Positions 58,001 through 64,000 of a DNA stretch of 64,000 nucleotides are shown piece by piece (the stretch's first letter is position 1; the number at the start of each line of letters is the position of its first letter). The translations under genes were made by a program, and so were the position numbers. The stretch spans positions 310,001-374,000 of the forward strand of contig MU057398.1 of NCBI GenBank assembly GCA_013265495.1, given 5' to 3'. The notes under the pieces were generated by a model. That model was not told the origin of the DNA. It searched no databases and saw nothing but the letters and a program-made list of their open reading frames with translations. Source of the DNA: Vicugna vicugna. Lineage: Eukaryota.

Positions 58001-61000
58001 CCCCAAACCTGGTCTGCTTAAAGGGGCCTTGCAGGTAACACCACCCCCGCCCCCAGGGGTGAGGCTGCACCAGAGGCCAGGGCAGAATGCGGGCCTGGGG
58101 CCCCAGCTCTCCCTGGACTCAGCCTTGCCTCGGCCCAGACAGTCGAGCAACAGGGTGACAGGAGACGGCAGTGGGAAGGCGCCATGTCAGCCTCACGCCA
58201 GTGAGCCAGCCAGGCTTGTGACCACAGCGGTAACCGAGGCAGCACTTGGGAAAACACTCATCACCAAAGCCGGGGGCAGAGCCCAGTGCCCCGACCCGAG
58301 ACCAAAGGGCGCCCCTGAAGGGCCCCAGGCTAAGCCAAGAGCAGCACTCCTTAGCAGGGCAGGGCTGCCCAAGGTTGCCCCTCACACACTGGGCCCCGCC
58401 CTCTCGTCACCCAAGATTCAGCTCCAACAATCCCCCCGCAACCCTCCACCTGTTCCCAAGCACATTGATGTGCCCTTTTGGTGCCAGTCCCCTCAATGCT
58501 GAGTCTCCTCCAGGCCCCAGACCCAGGACAGAGCAGGGCACACAGCAGAAGGTGCTGAGCTTCAGAATCTCCACATCTCAAGAGCCCAGAGGTGGCAGCC
58601 TGCAGAGAAGGCTGATAGACTGCTTTTCCCTCTCCTGCTGGCCTCCCTCCATCACTCCCTGCTCCACCACCCAAGTACTGTCATGCAGATAACTATTCTT
58701 AGCTATCCGTTTCTGGACAACAGGTGAGAACCCACGAGCCAAAGGGATTTCCCAAAGGTCCAGAGCTGACAGAGGGGCCCAGGGTCTGGGTTAAATGCAC
58801 TCCATGACAGAGGGAGAAGTCAGTGCACAAACATAAGAGAATCCAGATGTGTCCCTGGCAGACAAATGCCCTCCCCAAATACCTGAATTCAACTGGGCTT
58901 TCTTAGTAAGATGTTTTTGGACGCTGATGGCTCTCATACTTTTATAAAAGGTTGAGTAAACAAGAGAAGGCCGGAGAAGCAGAGCCAACCATATCAAGTG
59001 GCGGAGCTGTGGTTCACATGTGCTTGACGCCAATCCCGTCTCCCTCCTGGGGCAAACAGTGGGAGGCAGACGTGTACTTAACAGGAAGTGGGGCAAGAGC
59101 CTGGGGAGGGTCCTCCCAAGTCCCAAATGGAATATGCTATGGCTGCAGCAAACCCTTCCGACACTGTGGCCGATCCTGCCTACTTAGCATTTACCAGGCA
59201 TCTCCAGGGTGCCACGCCCTTGGGTCACTCAGCCCTCGGACCCCATTGTGAGACAACTCCCCTTCACAGAGCTGCCCCTGTGTGAGTGGGAAGCTGGTGT
59301 CACAGCGCCACCTGTTGACTACAGCCCTCCCTTCAGGCAACGCTCTGCAGGGCAGCAGGTGGATTCTGTGTGAACCTGTCCCAGCTGTCCAGGAAAAAAC
59401 ACAGAGAGGGTGGGGTGAGGAGGTGGCCACTCTGGCGAGGAGCCAAAAGCCAGATGATGTCCAAGCAAAAGCTTCGGGCAAAGTAGGCCAGTAATAATGG
59501 TGGAAACCGCCCCAAGAAACGCTCACCTAAAGAGCCTGGAGTCATGAAACTGAGGAGGCAGGAGAACAGAAAGGATGAGAGTTCACTGAAAAAGACCCAG
59601 GGACAATCTTCTGCAGGCTGCCCCAGTCCACCTTAGGAGTACATCACAGCACAGGTGCTCAGCCTTCCTCTTACCCCTCGAGACACTGTAGAGAATGGGG
59701 CAGGGAGCAGCACCCTCCAGCAACTCCAGCTGGAAGGCAACCCACCCTTCCATCCTCTGCCCTCTTGAGGTGAAGGGAACCAGCCATCGGGAGCAAGCTG
59801 TGTTTGTTTCTGGGGGTTCTGCTCTGTTGCCTTCTTGAAACCAGGTAGCAGAGGGATTCTGCATAAACTAGGGGACAGAGAGCTACCGGAAGAGGTCAGA
59901 TGAAGATGACCTAGGTAAAGATATTCTGACACTGAAGCCTGCTGGTGGCCTTCCCGGCTTCTTTGAGGGAGTGAGAGGGAGGGAGTTGTTGCCCTGAGAT
60001 GTGCCCTGCACGGTACTTGAATCCAAAGGCAGCAAGGCAGCATCTGTTGCAGGCGATGTGCTGGACTCAGCTCAGAGTGCAGGAAACACACCTGGCCTGG
60101 GGCAGGAACCCAAATGCAGCAAAGGATGAGCAGTTGCGTCAGCTATGTCGTCTAATACCTAGGCCACCGGCTGCCTTTCCAATTTAAATGAATTAAAACT
60201 ACATTAAATGAAAACTCCAGCTCCTCAGTCACAGTAGCCACACTTGTTCACAGTGAGACCATTTCCACCCTGTGGATGGACAGACGGTCAGTCGGTCCGT
60301 CAGTGCTGGGCTGGAGGAGCCCACTGGTCCCCTCCTAGCTGCCCTCTAATCCCCCACCCTCTGCCTCCAGGCCTCAGAGGCTGGAGTCCTCCGGCCTTCA
60401 GAGAAAGAAGCCCTCCTGGAACACCACGCTTCCGACGACCTTGGAACCAGGGAGAACAAACCGCTGCAGGCTTGGCACCTGCTCTGAAAGAGGTTGCTCA
60501 CCATTTGTTTTTAGAGTGTGAGGAAGAGAATTCTTCAGTCCAGATCAATAGCTGAGCAGACTCTACATTTGAAAAGAAGCTGATGTTGGTTCTGAGGCAT
60601 GTGAGTCAGTCTTCCCTGGGCTCTTCACAAGCAAGTCCCCAGACCCTGTTATCACAGTTCCCCCTTTATCAGAGCCCCCTGAAGCCCAGCACCCACAGGA
60701 CGCCAGCCCACTACTGTAGCTGGGGTGAGTTTCGCCTTGGGGCTGAGGACTAGAAATCAAGGGACTTATCAAAAAGACTCGTACCTGGTGCCTAGATCTG
60801 AAGCACTACTGTATCTGTAGTCTTAAGAAAATGATAGCAGCTGATAGAAGGATTGGTGGGTCAAGGGGAACTAAAGGCCAAAAATCCCTTTCCCTCGTCT
60901 TCTAAGGGCAGTGGCTCGCCACATAAATCACTTTATCTTTGGGTTGGCTCCCCGAGCAGTGGGACTTTAAAACCCCTTTAAGTTACCTTATCTAGATATG

Positions 61001-61019
61001 GATTCTAACAGATGGTAAA

Positions 61020-61385
61020 AAAGCAAAAACAAAACCTGTAAAGTAATCAGGAAAATATGAACAATCACTAGGGAGTTTATTACCAGGAAGTTAACTGTAA
61101 ACTTCTTGTAAGATGTTGGTATTTCACAAGATGTTAGTGTGCTTATAATTTTTTTTTACAAAGTCCCTCTCTTTGAAGAGCAATAAGCCAAAATATTATT
61201 TTGCCTGTAAACATGATATTTGAGATTTGCTTCAAAATATTCCAGAGCCAGGGGATAATGGAAGTGGGAGCGGCAAAAACGAGACAGGTCAGGGAGATGC
61301 TTGATGCTGAAGCTGAGTGCCATCCACGGGCGGGGGTGGGTCTTTTATTCCGCCTCTACGCTTGTTTGCACTTTCTACAATAACA
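61020..61385 (+). mobile_element. Old L1M 3' fragment
   Basis: GAGATTTGCTTCAAAATATTCCAG and TGCTGAAGCTG resemble old L1 3'UTR. Confidence 0.6.
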
Positions 61386-63054
61386 AGGTGAGCAGCCACC
61401 TGGGTGACTCCAGCGCACCACCAGGCCCGAGAACCTCCAGCGTCATCCAACTGGGTGCCCTGGGCCCTGAGGACCCCCTCAGCTTGCCCGTCTCCCACTC
61501 TTATTTGACCTCCTCCCAGAGCAGCCCTTCCCCCTCAACCCTCTGCCCTTGCCACAAAAACCATACTCTCTGTGCCACTCTGCTCTGCTGCACCCTGGGC
61601 CCAGTCTGGAACATAAGACCCGTGAAGGCCAAGACCAGCCTTCTCTTCCACTCCCTACCTGGGCCTGGCACAGCTTACCACGCAAGAGGGAAAAATCCCA
61701 CAAAACTCCATCACGACCCAGTTGGATCCTTATAATAGCTACCGCTTATTAAATACTCCCTATGTGCAAAGCAGAGCACCCTACTCACCCCAGAGGGTTT
61801 GGAAGGGTTCCATCCCACTGGTTCCAGCCCCTTAAAAGGGCTCCATCAACTTCCGGTAGACAACCCAGCCCCCAGGTCACTGGCTGTTAAGCAAAGGAAC
61901 TATGTGGCTGAGCATGGGCAGCTCCACCTCGACTGACCACAGGAACACAACCCAGTCCCAGAGGGGTAAGCAGAAAACAAGAGACAACTATGAACCAAGT
62001 TCAGCTCATTACAAGCTGAGGGGCCTCACACGAGGGTGGACCTCCCTGGGTCTGGATGGTGACCTGACTTTGGTCCTGACCAATAGCATTTTAGCAAAGG
62101 CAGAGAAAACAGAGTGTGACTCTGACTGTGTGAAGCCCGTGCGGGCCCAGCAGGGGCTGCGTGCGCCACGCTCACAACTCCAGAGGCAGGCCGGCAAGAT
62201 GCAGGTGCTAAGGCAATGGATGAGCAGTAACACGAGACAGAGCCTGTAACAGGCCGAGTCTGTACCAAACAGTGACCTGCACCACAGCCTTGTCATAGAC
62301 CAGAGGCCCTCAGTGTGGTGCTGGGACCTCTAGGGGCCCAGACATATTGTGTCTTAACAAGCTCCCCCAGCGTTCCTGCTGTCAGAGCCCAGATGACCTG
62401 AAGAGTTGGCCTTCTAGCCTAGAACACTTGGCATGGCAGTTTGACGGGTCTGATTCGGGCACTGGCCTAAAGCTGTCCCTGTCTGCCCAAGACACTCCAT
62501 TCAGTCCCTAAGGTGAAGGCAGCACTTAGTGTGTGCGTGGCTCCTGGCGGAGAGAGAAGCAGACTAAAGGCGGGGGGCCTGGGTTCCTGTGCCTCACAGG
62601 TGGCCGGGGCTCTTGGAGGAAGCTCTCTAGGCCCGCCAGTAGCACAGCAGAGTCTGGACGGAAGTCCAAGGGAGCTCGAAGAGGAGGTGTTGGCTAGACC
62701 GGCAGGCAAGAGTGGAGGCTCCAGGCAGAGGCCACAGAAATACTCAGGGAAGGGGATCCACGTGGCTGGCTCCCAGCACAGGGGGGCTGAAGCAGAGACT
62801 GTGGAGGGCTGCGGGGAGGGCTGCGGGGAGGGCCCCACACCTAAGGGCCTACGTGCCCAGCCTTTATGCCAAAGGTGCTCTGAAAGCACTGGAAGCAGGG
62901 GGTGGAGGATCAGGTTTACATGCCAGAAAGGTCGTGTGAGTGGGGCAGGGTGGGCAGGCCAGGTGAGCCAGGCTGGCGGCAAGAAGCCTCCTTCGGATGA
63001 TGAAAGCCCAGCTGTGGCGGTGGTCCCCCAGACAGGGGGGCGGAGAGGCTCAGG

Positions 63055-63232
63055 AGGTGAGGTCCCTAGGCTGGGGAATGGGGACAGAGTTTCAGATTTG
63101 AAGATAAAAAGAGTTCTGGAGGCTGACTGTCCAATACTGTGCATGGGCTCAACATTACTGAACTGCACACTTACAAACAGTTCAGGTAGTCAGTTCGATG
63201 TTATGTATATTTTACCACAATTTTTTAAAAAC
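63055..63232 (+). mobile_element. L1MB-like 3' terminal fragment
   Basis: GACAGAGTTTCAG...GAGTTCTGGAG...ACTGAACTGCACACTTA...TGTTATGTATATTTTACCACAATT. Confidence 0.8.
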
Positions 63233-64000
63233 CACAGACAGGAGCAGAGAATCACATGGGCCAAGAAAAGAGGGCAGAATGCCCCTAGGCTTCTGAGTGG
63301 CGACAGCTATTCTCACTCTGTGGCCCAGCGCACAGAGGAAGGAGCCTGAGGACCTGAGAAGGGAGCGAGCCGCCCCACTGCACCCCCTCACTGCCTCCCA
63401 CTCAGCAGACTGGTGGGGGAAGTGCAGACTTAAATATGCGATGCTTTCTTTAAACTTGGGGCCCCTTTTCAATTACGAGGGTTACTCAAGCCTCCTCCCT
63501 GCGTGCTCCCGACCCCGGTGCCACAAGGAACCAGTGCCACCGCAGCCTCTCTCCCAGGCACTGCTCTCTCCCTCTGTGGCCTTGTCTGCTAACCTGCCTT
63601 CTCTCCCTGAGTCTTCTCCCTCCCTGCATTAACTTTCACATCACTCTGCCCCGCTTACAGGGAGTGGCCACTCCGTCAGCACCTCCCTCTGGCCCATCCC
63701 TTGACCCCTCCTTGACACTGCCCCTGCCCTGCAGCACACCATCCTACTGACCAGCCCCTTCGGCCCCCTGCCCTGGCACGTGTGCACATGCGCCAGCAGT
63801 CCTCTGGATCCGGCCACACTTGCCATTCTGCAGGCGCCCACAGCAGGCAGAACCGCCACCACCTCAGCCTCAAGGGCTTGGCGTCCCCACTAGTTCCTCC
63901 CATTTCTCCCATCAGTACCTCTCAAACTTTCCCCCTGGCCACCCTTGCTGCCGCACCCTGGTTTGGGCCATCAGCACCTCTTAGTCCAGCGACCTCTGAC

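Noticed and set aside
62467..63349. 233- and 278-aa ORFs in the BCAP31 intron
   Set aside because: No domain features, and both overlap an L1 3'UTR fragment.

Overview
GC-rich mammalian genomic DNA, syntenic with human Xq28. It carries four intron-containing genes: DUSP9 (+, complete, 384 aa), PNCK/CaMKI-beta (-, complete, 343 aa), SLC6A8 creatine transporter (+, complete CDS, 635 aa; promoter and 5'UTR fall largely in a ~750-N assembly gap) and the last four coding exons of BCAP31 (-). I traced every splice junction by hand; all are GT-AG and phases are consistent. A tRNA-Ala-derived vic-1-type SINE and a young L1 3' tail point to a camelid genome. Intergenic space holds old L1/L2/MIR fragments, a MER47/Tigger5 DNA transposon and a decayed ERV1-like provirus nested in an L1. 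Most ORFs in the supplied track are GC-rich noise or antisense shadows. I see no wholly new gene system. The best leads are (1) an FMR1-like CGG/poly-Gly leader in DUSP9 whose frame is switched by a duplicated splice donor, (2) loss or relocation of the p20-generating caspase site in BAP31, and (3) a stop-free last intron in DUSP9. Comparisons with human proteins and repeat families are from memory, not from database searches.
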